From: Octopus sinensis
Lineage: Eukaryota
Length of the DNA: 64,000 nucleotides
Direction: 5' to 3'
Assembly: GCF_006345805.1 (NCBI RefSeq)
Contig: NC_043007.1
Span: 71,672,001 to 71,736,000 of the forward strand
Under the pieces are notes generated by a model. It was not told the DNA's origin. It saw only the letters and a program-made list of their open reading frames with translations, and ran no database searches. This document shows, piece by piece, positions 40,776 through 56,706 of this stretch. Within the stretch, counting starts at the first letter, position 1. Each line of letters opens with the position of its first letter. The translations under genes and the position numbers were made by a program.

Positions 40776-40941
40776 AGGCATAGGAGTGGCTGTGTGGTAA
40801 GTAGCTTGCTTACCAACCACATGGTTCTGGGTTTAGTCCCACTGTGTGGCACCTTGGGTAAGTGTCTTCTACTACAGCCTCAGGCTGACCAAAGCCTTGT
40901 GAGTGGATTTGGTAGATGGAAACTGAAAGAAAGCTGTCGCA

Positions 40942-40992
<51 letters not shown>

Positions 40993-41601
40993 TGGCCATT
41001 GATAGAATTGTTTTTGAAAAATTTTATCCTACATAAGATTTTAATTATATATATATATGTGTGTGTGTGTGTGTATGTGTGTGCATGTGTTTGTGTGTCT
41101 GTGTTTGTTCCCCCAGCATCGCTTGACAACAGATACTGGTGTATTTATGTCCCTGTAACTTAGCAGTTCGGCAAAAGAGACCGATAGAATAAGTACTAGG
41201 CTAACAAAGAATATGTCCTGGGGTCGATTTGCTTGACTAAAAGGCAGTGCTCCAGCATGGCCACAGTCAAATGATTGAAACAAGTAAAAGAGTAAAAGGC
41301 AAAGAGAGAATTGCACCTACTGAGGCCATGTATTATGGAGGAACATTATGATAATTTACCAGGAGCAGTCATTAAACAAGAATGTGTATGAATACCAAAT
41401 GAAATGTTTTTTGATGTTTGCAATTCCATTGCTTTGTGTTATCAGTCGTGCCTGGACCAGAACAGTCATCAGTTTCAATATACACATCTATAATGATTTA
41501 TATACATACAGGTGGTTGCTTGAGCAATTATGTATCATGCACAAACAAGATCACATAAATATGATGGTTTATGTTGTTTATGTATGTACACACATACATG
41601 C

Positions 41602-41642
<41 letters not shown>

Positions 41643-42405
41643 CACATTTGTCAGTGTTTGGGTATGTTGTGTGTGTGCCTGCATGTGTGTGTGTGTGCAT
41701 AATACCCTGATGTAACACGTATGCATCTGTCTAAAATAATGTAATTTAAAAGCAAATAACCACAGTGAAAATCAACTAGAGAACCTCGATAAATACTAAT
41801 CAAAGCCTATCTTGCAAAGTTTAGAATTTCCAAATGGAAATTAAACATCAAATAAGCCAACTTAAGTTGAACATACTTGACTAACTCATATACAAGCATT
41901 CTTTTGTGAACCCTGAAGTGCAACTTTCTATACAAAGATCTCATGATCTGAATTTGACATGCCTAAATTGGATACATCAGTATACAAAGTTAATTCCATA
42001 CTTGATTGAAATCTAAACAACAGTACAATTCCACTTACGGTCAAACAAAATCTTGCAACAATAATTTTTCTATTAGCCTACATCCTACAACCATACTTTC
42101 CATCTATCCTCTTCTATCCTATTTCCTACACATCTATTTTCCAGACCTACACATAGCATCCTAACCATGGTTTCATATAGGTCCATCTACCCCAGAAAAA
42201 CAACTGACCAGTGACTATGCAAAGCTAAAAGGAATCTAAATGTAGAGCAATTTGATGAAGGCTAGGAGGTCAAAATTTCAATGTCACAGTCTCCTTCTAC
42301 TTGTAAAATTTTAATAACATGTTCTCTACTTAACAACTTAATGTTAAATTGTTCTATATTATATAAATTAACATAAAAATAATTATCAAAATAAACATTA
42401 ATATA

Positions 42406-42458
<53 letters not shown>

Positions 42459-42537
42459 TAATAATAATAATATGACAGCAAAAGAATGAATGAGACCTCG
42501 ATATTATGTAAAATAGAGGAATTTATCTAGAAATAAA

Positions 42538-42738
42538 ATGTGACAATTAGTTGGTTGTCATAATAAACCTCAGAGTTTCGGATACCGGGGCTGAAGCCTA
42601 CGCTGGCATCTCATCAGTTATTTAGACAAAATACTAAGATAGCGTTATTTCTTAATAACTGATGAGATGCCGGAGTAGGCTTCAGCCCTGGTATCCGAAA
42701 CTCTGAGTTTTTTTATGACAACCAACTAATTGTCACAT
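42538..42738. repeat. About 200-bp palindrome made of two inverted hammerhead-containing arms
   Basis: ATGTGACAATTAGTTGGTTGTCATAA...TCATCAGTTATT is mirrored by AATAACTGATGA...TTATGACAACCAACTAATTGTCACAT, with a spacer of about 30 nt. Confidence 0.9.
42653..42716 (+). ncRNA. Minimal hammerhead ribozyme motif (right arm; mirror copy on minus strand at about 42561-42624)
   Basis: TAATAA CTGATGA(42659-65) GATGCCGG...CTGGTATCC GAAA(42697-700) CTCTGAG TT TTTTT. Confidence 0.62.
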
Positions 42739-42739
42739 G

Positions 42740-42795
<56 letters not shown>

Positions 42796-42841
42796 CGGCG
42801 GTGCATCAGCATGGCCGCAGCTCTGAGCTGAAACTAGAAAA

Positions 42842-42889
<48 letters not shown>

Positions 42890-42892
42890 ATG

Positions 42893-42943
<51 letters not shown>

Positions 42944-42949
42944 TTCAAG

Positions 42950-43062
<113 letters not shown>

Positions 43063-44104
43063 GTATGTATGTATGTATGCATGTAAGTATAAATGCATTA
43101 TAATATTTTATTGATAATGTTGAAAAATAGCAAAAGCATTTGCTGATGGTGAGACTATAAAATAAAGAAAGTTTAATTTTGACTGGGACCTTAGGTATTT
43201 CTCTTATAAAAGCCAGTAGAGCAGAAGTCCGAGGTCTCAGTTAAATCAAGACATACATACATACATTTATGCATCGATACATATGTACATAAATATTTGC
43301 ATTAATATATACATACGTGTATACATAAATATGTGTGTATATATACATGTGTGTGTGTGTATGTGTGTGTGTGTAAGTAAATGTAGGGAAAGCAAGTTGG
43401 ACAGATCAATATATAAATTATATTAAATATATTTAATATTTAATATGCTTTATATATTGATCTGTCTAACTTGCTTTCCCTATATTTACCTCTTGACCTG
43501 CTCAAGTTTAAATCTCTTGAGCACTACTAAGTGTATTCTATACAGAGAGAACATTTAGATCTCATCTATGAAGCAGACATACATACATGTATGTATATAC
43601 ACATTCATGTATTAATGAGTTTAATGTAGTGCCCTACTGCCCCAGCCATCTCGTACTGGAAAGTTATTGTTTCCACAATACTACCAGGTTTCAAATAAAC
43701 TAAGACCATCAGAAACAGAAAAAAGTAACTTAATTTGAGGAAATATTTTGTGGTCAGTCAAGTCTATTATAAATATTTGCTTTATTAAATAGAATAAATC
43801 ATGAAAGAAAATAAATAAATAGAAAAATTGAAATGGAATAAAGTTTAAAATGTGTAAGGAACAAAATTTTTAGGAAGTCAGGAATGAAAAAGTTTTGCAT
43901 TTACCTCTGAACCATTATATCTGCATGTCGCAGTTAGTTTTCTTTATGATATATAAGTCTATGTGAGTGTAAGTGAATGTGTATGTATGTGTATGTATGT
44001 GTATGTATGTGTATGTATGTGTATGTGTATGTATGTATGTATATGTATGTATGTGTATGTATGTATGTGTATGAATACACACACATGCAGTAAAACAAAT
44101 AAAT

Positions 44105-47100
44105 CTGTTTTCTGGTTTTGCTACGATTATTTCATTAGGAGTCTTTATTTTACATAAGCATAATACAGTAAGTTAGATTGCATAAGATGCTACATAATTC
44201 CAAACTCATTAAGCTACCAAATAAACAAATGAGCACTGACTTACTGATTAATAAACAGATCATCAGCAAATGGAATTTCAAATCAGAATTACTAACATTT
44301 AAGAAATTTAAAGTGAGTGATATGTATCCAACCTGTCAAACTACAGAAGTGGATAGCAGAAGATGGTCGTAAATATAATGACAGTTAAAGACATTAATAT
44401 TCTAATGAAGTCATTAAACCTACTAATCTTGTCCACAAAGGCCAGAACTTATTTGAATACAGCAGATATAAGGCAGTGAGTATGACATTTGACCCTATCA
44501 AAACATTTTTAAAAGCAGCTGCTCCAAAAAAAACTGTTATGGCATTATATGAATTTAAAGTCAACGTTAGTTGTTCATTCGCTTAATTATTCTTGAGAGA
44601 AGTGTTCTGAAAAAATATAACTGAACTAATAGAATATTACCATCATTTAATGGAGATCCTGCTAATTATTTCATGAAAAATATTTTAGGGCAAAAGTATA
44701 GATTAGCTAAGTTCTCTGTGAAATTTCAGAGGAACGGGAGGGAAAAGAAGGACTGGGAGTGAAAAGAAGGACAAGGAGTGAAAAGAAAGACGTAAAAGAT
44801 ACAAAATAAGATAAATCAAATGTAGAGAAAAAAATTAGATAGAAAATTGTCCAAGCACTGACAAGAAGATGGTATTGGCATAAACAATCAAATAAATGTG
44901 AACTCTAGGAAAATTAAAGTTGTATAGGTAATACAGTGTGTTAACTTAAAGATATAAATTCATGAAATTTTGCAGGTTGATCAACGAACTATATAGATAT
45001 TAGTTAATTAGCTGCAATAAATCTATCAGTTGAAAGCCCAGAGCTTAATTGAGAAAGAAAAGTAGGACCAATAAACATGACAGATAAACGAAAGAATCAA
45101 TAAGCACAATAAATAACCATAATGTTTGTATTTACCAAAATTGCCACAAATTATTTAGAATAAAGTAGATGAGTTAAATCATACAAGTACAGTAGGAGAT
45201 AATCATTACCTAATGATTTGATATTATTGAGATTAATAAGGAAATGTTAAAAGCGTTTATAAGATTTATAATAGTTATAGATGCTCTATATGCTAATTAG
45301 TATTAAGAGAGTTTATAAGATTATAATAAATTATACAAAATTATAAGGTCTGTAACCAGGGAAGGTGATGCAGTTATCATAAAGATATCCCAGTGCTAGA
45401 AGTAAATTGAAAAAGTTATCACATTAATACAAATAATTTAAAATATGTATTATACTCATCAGTACCTTTTGTTAGAACTAAGTGTACGCTAGGGTAGTTT
45501 GAATATGCTTAGTTACAACCATAATAGTATTGAGGTATGCTAAGTTACATAAAGATAATTATTACTTGTGATTAAGGGCTATAACATAGATTTGTAGATA
45601 GGCATTCAGCATCCAAGGAAGACCTATAGAATTGGTTTAAAGTAAAACAAAGTTCTTCTCATAGATAGTAGGTATTTGATCCTTAGTTCATCCAGTTTAT
45701 GAGTTATGATTTCCAGCATTTCCATACATCAGAGATTATAACAATATTTATCACTAACAAATAGTTTAGCATGTCTAGTGATGCTCCACATTATATGAAA
45801 ATCAACATTTTGTCTTTTAAACCCCAGACCTTTGTGGAGAGCAATGTTGTTTTTACTTAATCTCTCCTTCTAAAGGAGATAAGATGATTATGTAGTCTTA
45901 ATTTGAAAGAAGTAGAACCCATGTAAATAAATGTATGTAGATTAGTTCTAGACTTACATTTATATACAATGTTTTTGGTCAGGCATTTGATTTTTAGTGG
46001 GTATTCAAATTTTTTTCTAAAATTACATAATCTAGATAACTTTGGGATGAGAACATCATGAGTTACACAATTCATACCATTATGTTGCATGCAATCATAA
46101 TCGGTAGAAGTGTGATCGGTGATAGTCACTCCTTCAACACTAGTATTACTAAAGTTCATATTGATATTATTATAAGCATCATTTAGTTCAGTAAACTCCA
46201 AAATAATTGTATATGTTACCATTATTATTACAGTTACCACAGTTGTAGCTATTACTTTAACTATTATCACAACCATTCACATCAGTATATCTCTTATTAT
46301 TGTTATTGTTTTCATTATTACTGTTATTAGTATTATTATATGAATTGTTATGCAAATGATAGTTACTCATTATACTATTATCATCAGTGTTAACATAATT
46401 ATCAGCATTATTGATATTATTATTGCTGTTGTTATGAACTTTGCCATTATTATCATCCACTATATCATTATCATTATTATAGCTGCTGCTGCTGTTGTTG
46501 TTACAATTAGATAGTGATGATCGTAATATATATTTTATATTATTTACATTATTTAACGTAATAACTTTTTCAAATTACTACTAGCATTGAGTTATCTTTA
46601 TGCTAACTGCATCATCTTCCCTAGTTACAGGTATAGTGTATAGAGCATCTATAACTATTATAAATCTTATAAACTCTTTTAACATTTCTTTATTTATCTC
46701 AATAATTTTAAATCATTAGATAATGATTATCTTCTACTGTACTTGTATGGTTTAACTCATCTACTTTATTCTGAATAATTTATGGAAATTTTTGTGTTTA
46801 GTGGTTCTTTGATTTATCTGTTGTGTTCATTGGTCCTACTATTCTTTCTCAATTAAGCTCTGGGCTTTCAACTGACAGATTCACTGCAGCCAATAAACTA
46901 ATATCTATATAGTTCATTGGTCAACCTGCATAATTTCATAAATTTATATCTTTAACATACTGTATTACCTATACAACTTTCATTTTCCTAGAGTCCACGT
47001 TTTTTAATTGCTTATGCCAATACCATCTTTCTGTCAGAGCTTGGACAACTTTCTAGCTAATTTTTTTCTCTCCATTTGATATATCTTATTTTGTATCTTT

Positions 47101-47735
47101 TATGTCTTTCTTTTCCCTCCCTCTCTTCTGAGATTTCACAGAGAACTTAGCTAATCTACACTTTTGCCCTAAAATATTGTCTCTGTGTAATAATTAGCTG
47201 GATCTCTATTAAATTCTTTTTCAGAACCCTTCTCTTGAAATTAGTTAAGCGAATGAACAACTAATGGCTTTAAATTCATATAATGCCATAACTGTTTTTT
47301 TGGAGCGGCATTAGCAGTTGCTTTTAAAAATGTTTTGATAGAGTCAAATGTCATACTCACTGCCTAATATCTGCTGTATTCAAATAAGTTCTGACCTTTT
47401 GGGACAAGATTGGTAGGTTTAATGACTTCATTAGGATATTAATGTCTTTAACTGTCGTTATATTCACAACCTTCTTCTGCAACCTACTTCTGTAGTTTGA
47501 AAAATTGGATACATATCGCACACTTTAAATTTCTTAAATGTTGGTAATTCTGATTTGAAATTCTACTTGTTGATGATCTGTTGATTAGTTAGTAAGTCAA
47601 TGTTCATTTGTTTATTTGGTAACCTGATGAGTTTGGAATTATGTAACATATTATGCAATCTAACTGTATTATGCTTATGTCATAATAAAGACTCCTAATG
47701 AAACAATTGTAGCAAAACCAGATAACGCATTCATG
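44105..47735 (-). mobile_element. Penelope-like remnant with long (about 1.2-1.3 kb) diverged inverted arms around a GIY-YIG fragment
   Basis: 44105-45450 is the reverse complement of about 46530-47735 (roughly 80% by eye). The central minus strand has LCNFRKKFEYPLKIKCLTKNIVYKCK...IYMGSTSFKLRLHNHLISFRR, then decayed DFHIMWSI.RHAK...C.NLCME. Confidence 0.75.
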
Positions 47736-49580
47736 TTTTTATCATGCTTTTATGCCACACTTAAGTTTCTATTCATCGTTGGATAATTTTGAATACTTTC
47801 AGATACTATTGAATTCGTTGATTTCCAAACAACAGCAAACTTCCCTCATTGATGCATTCCATGCAATGTTAATGGACTGTTTAACTGTCTATTTTGTGTC
47901 ATTTCTGTCTAACCAATTCGTGGCATGATTCATTTTGATATGCCTTTGTCCTTTATATATTCCATATAAATACACATATAAGGGATTGAACAAATGAAAG
48001 GCAATGGCATTCAACATATTTAGTAGGAGTCGTGTTCCATAATAAGTTGACTCAGCTCCACATTATTTAAAGCACAGAACACAAGTTCATTCTCAGGTGT
48101 GCAGCGTCAGAGTGGAGAAAAATTAAAAGGAATTTTGAAGTGGTTTCTAAGAGAGAATATTTAAAACTCTGTAGGTTAGTTCAGATCATGTGGGGGTATC
48201 AACAAGATACTGATAGCAATTCTTTCTGTAAAAAGTCCATGTGGTAAAGGAGATAAGATATTGGTGTCAGTTGCTATTCAATGACAGTAGTTACTATGTG
48301 GAGAGATAACTGGTTTGCTAATGTCAGGTTATGTATCACCTTGTGTGCTGAGTATGATTGCATGGTGTGAATGCAGCTGTGTGAAAGTAAGCCGCAGTGA
48401 TACGATGCTTGTGGCAAATAATTTAATTGCAAGCAACAATGACTATGAGTGGACGTAGGGTGAGGATAACATTAGGACAGATGTGTTTTCCTATTGCTTG
48501 ATATGAAGTCTCTCACAAAGACAGATTTTGACAACTACAAACCTTGAGTAAGGAGATTTTCTGTCAAAAATGCTTCATGCAATGTTGGGAAAGTTGTTTC
48601 CTTGTTCTTGGAGTCATCAGATGAAGTGGGACAGAGAGGTGTAGTTATTCCAGCTATGGCCACTCTGTCTTTCTGGATAAATCTAGGATCATATTTCCCA
48701 CTGTGTATTTTCCTATTCAAGATAGCAGGGTATGATTTTAGGGAAAATTCATGTTATTTCTTACAGGTTGAGCAACACATAAAAGCCATGTTATTAGCTG
48801 GGTTGGGGTTCCTACATTGGCATATTTATATTTGGTGGAAGAGGTTGTTTCCAAATAAACATTGCAATATAATGAGTGATATACACAAAAAAAATATAGT
48901 GCAAGAATATATTTATATGGTTACGACTATAACGTTACCAAGATTTAAACAAATTCGATAGATTTATAGTATTAATAAAAAAAGGAAATATATGCAAAAC
49001 TTTCCAAAATTTGAATATTCTCATTGAAATATATAATTTTACTGGCAATTTCTGAAATAAAATCTTTAAAAAGCAGAGTTCTCATAGATATTCTGTCAGA
49101 AAAGTATTCTTAATTGTTAATAGAAATAATTTAAAAAATAATAAATCAATAATATATTATGTACAATGTTTTGATATAAAAGTACAATCAGCTGTCCTTC
49201 ACATACAAGAAGGTTGAGTAAGATTTTGCAGGCTTTTATAAATAGTTTCAGATGTTTGTCGGCTTGTGAGCAGACTAACAGCTTGTTTATCGTTCACCCA
49301 GTGAGACAGTTAAGATTTGATAACTGGAGGGAAAGAAGACAGCACCAGAACACTGGTTGGTACTCATTACAGCTAAACAAACTGGAACAATGCACAATGA
49401 AATGCCTCACTCAAGGACACAATGTACTGCTCAGAAAAAGAATTACCCCCCCCCACACACACACACAACTTTAGACTCAAGTGTCAAACACACTAGGTCT
49501 TAAGCCTTTCTTGGAAATATATAATATAATACATAATGACATACAAATATATATATAATAAAATAAGACATAATAACATT

Positions 49581-49611
<31 letters not shown>

Positions 49612-49836
49612 TAAGTAGGGTGTATATTAAAAATTATTCATCTTTTACTGACTAGAGTACTTTTTTGTTGATGCCACCAATGAGAGAACAGTAAATTATA
49701 TTCATTCATATACATGTATATGCATACATGGAAGATGGATGTTAAATGATGGGAATGATGATGATGACGATATATATATATACACACATAAATACGTACA
49801 TACAATAATAAAATATTTTATTATTGTTGTTATCTT

Positions 49837-49940
49837 TAACCTGAAGAGTGGCTATATTTATATTGAAGTGATTTTACTACTACTACTATTATTTTTACTA
49901 TAATCATTTCTTAAATATAGCCACGAAACACATGTTGTTA
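49837..49940 (+). ncRNA. Minimal type-I hammerhead ribozyme with complete core
   Basis: TAAC CTGAAGA(49841-47) GTGGCTATATTTA(49848-60) [51-nt loop] TAAATATAGCCAC(49912-24) GAAA(49925-28) CACATG TT / GTTA. Perfect 13-bp stem II, 4-bp stem I, GUU triplet. Confidence 0.8.
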
Positions 49941-49962
49941 TTCTACCAAATATATACGTTTT

Positions 49963-52543
<2,581 letters not shown>

Positions 52544-53597
52544 AATTATTATATCTGAAAGTAAATTTTAAAATATTAGTCGCTCTGAGATTTAGATAGT
52601 AAAAATGATATAATTTAAATAAAAGTTATTATATTTCTAGTACTATTACATTTAATGATGATAGTAATAATAAGTATTTTATAAAGATAAGTTATACGTT
52701 TTTACTTTGGAATTTTTCAATTCTTATTTTTTATTTCATAAATATTTTCGAAAGATATTCATAATATTTATGTAAGATACTTATTTTTATATATTTATTA
52801 TTTTATAATTATTATATGTGAAATAAAATCTAAAAATATTAAGAGTGATTGTTTTGTAAAATAGTTTGATAATTAAATATTACAGTATAACTAGGTTAAA
52901 GATATTCTATAGTTTATTAATTTTTATTAAGCTAAATTATATCTTCACAGATTAATACATTTTTCTATCTATTTACTCTATTTTTTTACCTTAAATATTT
53001 AACGTAATAAATGTATTGTAGGTAACTGATCCTAATATATTAAGTTTTAAATTTAGTTTATGGAGTTTCTTCTATAAGAAAAATCATTATTTTATTTTTT
53101 TAAATAAATATTGCTTAACTCTATTTGCTTATTTATTTAACTATTATTGTTAACCTGAAGACTGACTATAATTTTAAATTGAATTGATTTTCGATTAAAT
53201 TCAAATTTAATCGTTATTCGAATTTAATTATAGCTATGAAACGTATGTAGGTTTTTTACTTATTATATATTGATTATTCATTTTTATACTTTTTGTGATC
53301 TAGTTATATGTTTTATAAAAATATATAGATATAGTATTACAGCTGTTTTAGGGATATTATGGATGTCCCTTCATCAGAGACGATGTGAGATGGTTAAATA
53401 GAGGTAACAGCTGTAAGACTATATCTATATCTTTTTCCGTATAGATGTCCTGAAAACTTTACCTGATTTTGTCTATTATATATATATATATATATGTATG
53501 TACGTATGTATATATATGTGTGTGTGTTTGTGTATATACATACATATATATATATATATATATGTAGAAGGTTGAAAAGTAATACATAAATTGATAT

Positions 53598-53977
53598 GTA
53601 TAAGGGAAATAAGACAAGGTAGAAAATGCTAAAATAATTTTATCATGAAGCACATTTTAGTACCGGTTTCAGTCTTTTCAACTTTTTAACTTAGAGTAAA
53701 ATAAGAAAAACAATTAAATAGTTAATATTAATGATTTCTTCAGATCTGCTACTACCTACCGAGCCTCCACAAAGTAAGAGAGAGACAGAGAAAAGGAAAA
53801 TGTCCTACCAATTTGAAGACTGTGGAAATATTTTAAAAAAACATTTCGTTTAATTTCTGCACAATTTAATTGTTTTACTCCAAGTTGAAAAAGTAAAAAA
53901 AAACTGAAACCGGTACTAAAATGTTCTTCATGATAAAATTATTTTAGCATTTTCTACCTTGTTTTATTTTCCTTATA
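53598..53977. mobile_element. Foldback/MITE-like element with inverted arms of about 105 bp
   Basis: ACAAGGTAGAAAATGCTAAAATAATTTTATCATGAAG...GTACCGGTTTCAG is mirrored at 53870-53977. A partial related arm lies at about 55020-55110. Confidence 0.65.
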
Positions 53978-54253
53978 TATGTACGTGTGTGTTTGTGTGT
54001 GAAGAGTGTTGTACTTCGCTTGAAGCACCATGTTACAGAAGTGGAATGATAAAAGAAATGCAGAATAAGGAAAGCTTCCAACAATGCAGAGATGAAAGTT
54101 GGAAAACCTTTTTATATTTCGAATGCAAAGGCCCTTTTGAAGACTGGCCTTTACACCTGAAATATGTAAAGCATTTTCAACTTTCATTTCTGTATTGTTA
54201 GAAGCTGTCCTCATTTCCCTTTTCTTTCAAATATATGTGTGTGTGTGTAGGCA

Positions 54254-54289
<36 letters not shown>

Positions 54290-54673
54290 CATAGTTTGCT
54301 GTTCTCTCATTAGTGGCATCAACAAAATGTACTCCATCCAGTGAAAGATGAATATCTTTTAATACACATCCTACTTAAATATGACCTGCTATTAGTTTCA
54401 TGCTGTGAAAGTTTAATGCCTTGTGCTTTGAAAAATCCTTCAAATTCCAATACACAACATGGGTGGTTTTATTAGGTCTTATTTTCTCATGTTTTTCAAA
54501 TAAGACCAGGTATATTGCGTATCTGAGTTTGAAGGATTGCTTAATAGCTGAAGGTATGATATCTAAATATGCCAAGTTATTGTGTTTTCATGGCATGAAA
54601 CTAATAGTCACTTACATTTAATAACTGTGTGTATTGAATGATATATATAAATACATATATGTATATCTATATA

Positions 54674-54719
<46 letters not shown>

Positions 54720-55103
54720 GTGTGTGTGTGTGTGTGTGTGTGTGTTGTGTGTGTGTGTGTATGTATTATATATATATATATATGAAAACACACATATATG
54801 TGTGTTTGTGGGTGTATATGTATGTGCTTGTATGTGTGTATTATATGTATGTATGCATGCATGCATGTGTGTGTGTATATATATACACAAGACCAAACAA
54901 GAGAGACAGAGACAGGCAGAGACAAGGAAAATGCCACTTGTATTTGAACACTATGCAAATATTCTTTTAAAAAAACTTTTCTTTCAATTTTTCCAAAATT
55001 TGATTGTTCTCCATACTTACAGTTGAAAAAGTCTCAATGACTGAAACCGGTAGCGAAAAATTTCATAAAGTTATTTTAGCATTTTCTATCTTGACTTTTT
55101 TTT

Positions 55104-55146
<43 letters not shown>

Positions 55147-55152
<6 letters not shown>

Positions 55153-55767
55153 TATGAAAGATGGTGATGACAATTAAAGTTTGAGGACAGGGTACGTAAT
55201 CGTTTATGATTAATAACTGATGAATAATGCAAACAATGTTTAAGAGATGTTGACCTGTTCTTGTTACATTTATACATTCATACATACAACATACAACACA
55301 ACACACATACATACATACATACATACATACATACAACATACATACATACATAATACATAAATACATACATATACATACATACATACAACATACATACATA
55401 CCTACATACATACATACATACATTCATACATACATACATACACATACACTTACGCACATACATACATATATATAGGATGTAGAAATAATATATAACATTC
55501 TGAAATGTAATACAGGTAAGTATACTCTTGACATAAAGACCACTTTGAAGATGTAATCATCAATATATATGTATATGTTATATGATAGTTCAAACGCTTT
55601 AGTACTGAGGACATGCATATAGACATACAGACATTGTGGCATATACAGTTTTATAGTTTTGTTTGTTTGTGTATTGTGTCTGCATGCGTGTGAGCATATA
55701 TGTGTGTATGTGTGTGTTTAAAACTACAAAATTGCATATGCACAAATATATATATATATCACACAAT

Positions 55768-55813
<46 letters not shown>

Positions 55814-56566
55814 ATATATACACACAATTGTATATATATATATGTATACATAAATACAATATATATATATATATATATAATATATATATATACATATATA
55901 TGAAAGATGGTGATGACAATTAAAGTTTGAGGACAGGGTACGTAATCGTTTATGATTAATAACTGATGAATAATGCAAACAATGTTTAAGAGATGTTGAC
56001 CTGTTCTTGTTACATTTATACATTCATACATACATACATACACACACACACACATACATACATACATACATACATACATACATACATACATACATACATA
56101 CATACATACATACATACATACATACATACATACATACATACATACATACATACATACATACATACATACATACATACATACATACATACATACATACATA
56201 CATACATACACATACACTTACGCACATACATACATATATATAGGATGTAGAAATAATATATAACATTTCTGAAATGTAATACAGGTAAGTATACTCTTGA
56301 CATAAAGACCACTTTGAAGATGTAATCATCAATATATATGTATATGTTATATGATAGTTCAAACGCTTTAGTACTGAGGACATGCATATAGACATACAGA
56401 CATTGTGGCATATACAGTTTTATAGTTTTGTTTGTTTGTGTATTGGTGTCTGCATGCGTGTGAGCATATATGTGTGTATGTGTGTGTTTAAAACTACAAA
56501 ATTGCATATGCACAAATATATATATATATACACACAATTATATATGTATATGTATATATAAATATA

Positions 56567-56603
<37 letters not shown>

Positions 56604-56645
56604 ATTGTATATATATATATGTATACATAAATACAATATATATAT
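55147..56645. repeat. Tandem duplication, unit about 750 bp, built around (TACA)n/(TA)n
   Basis: CATATATATGAAAGATGGTGATGAC at 55147 and 55893. The downstream unique segments are also duplicated. Confidence 0.9.
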
Positions 56646-56664
56646 ATATGTATATATAAATATA

Positions 56665-56706
<42 letters not shown>

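Noticed and set aside
47750-48960. Possible further Penelope RT/GIY-YIG fossil on the minus strand
   Set aside because: The resemblance is only fragmentary across frameshifts, with no diagnostic motif intact.
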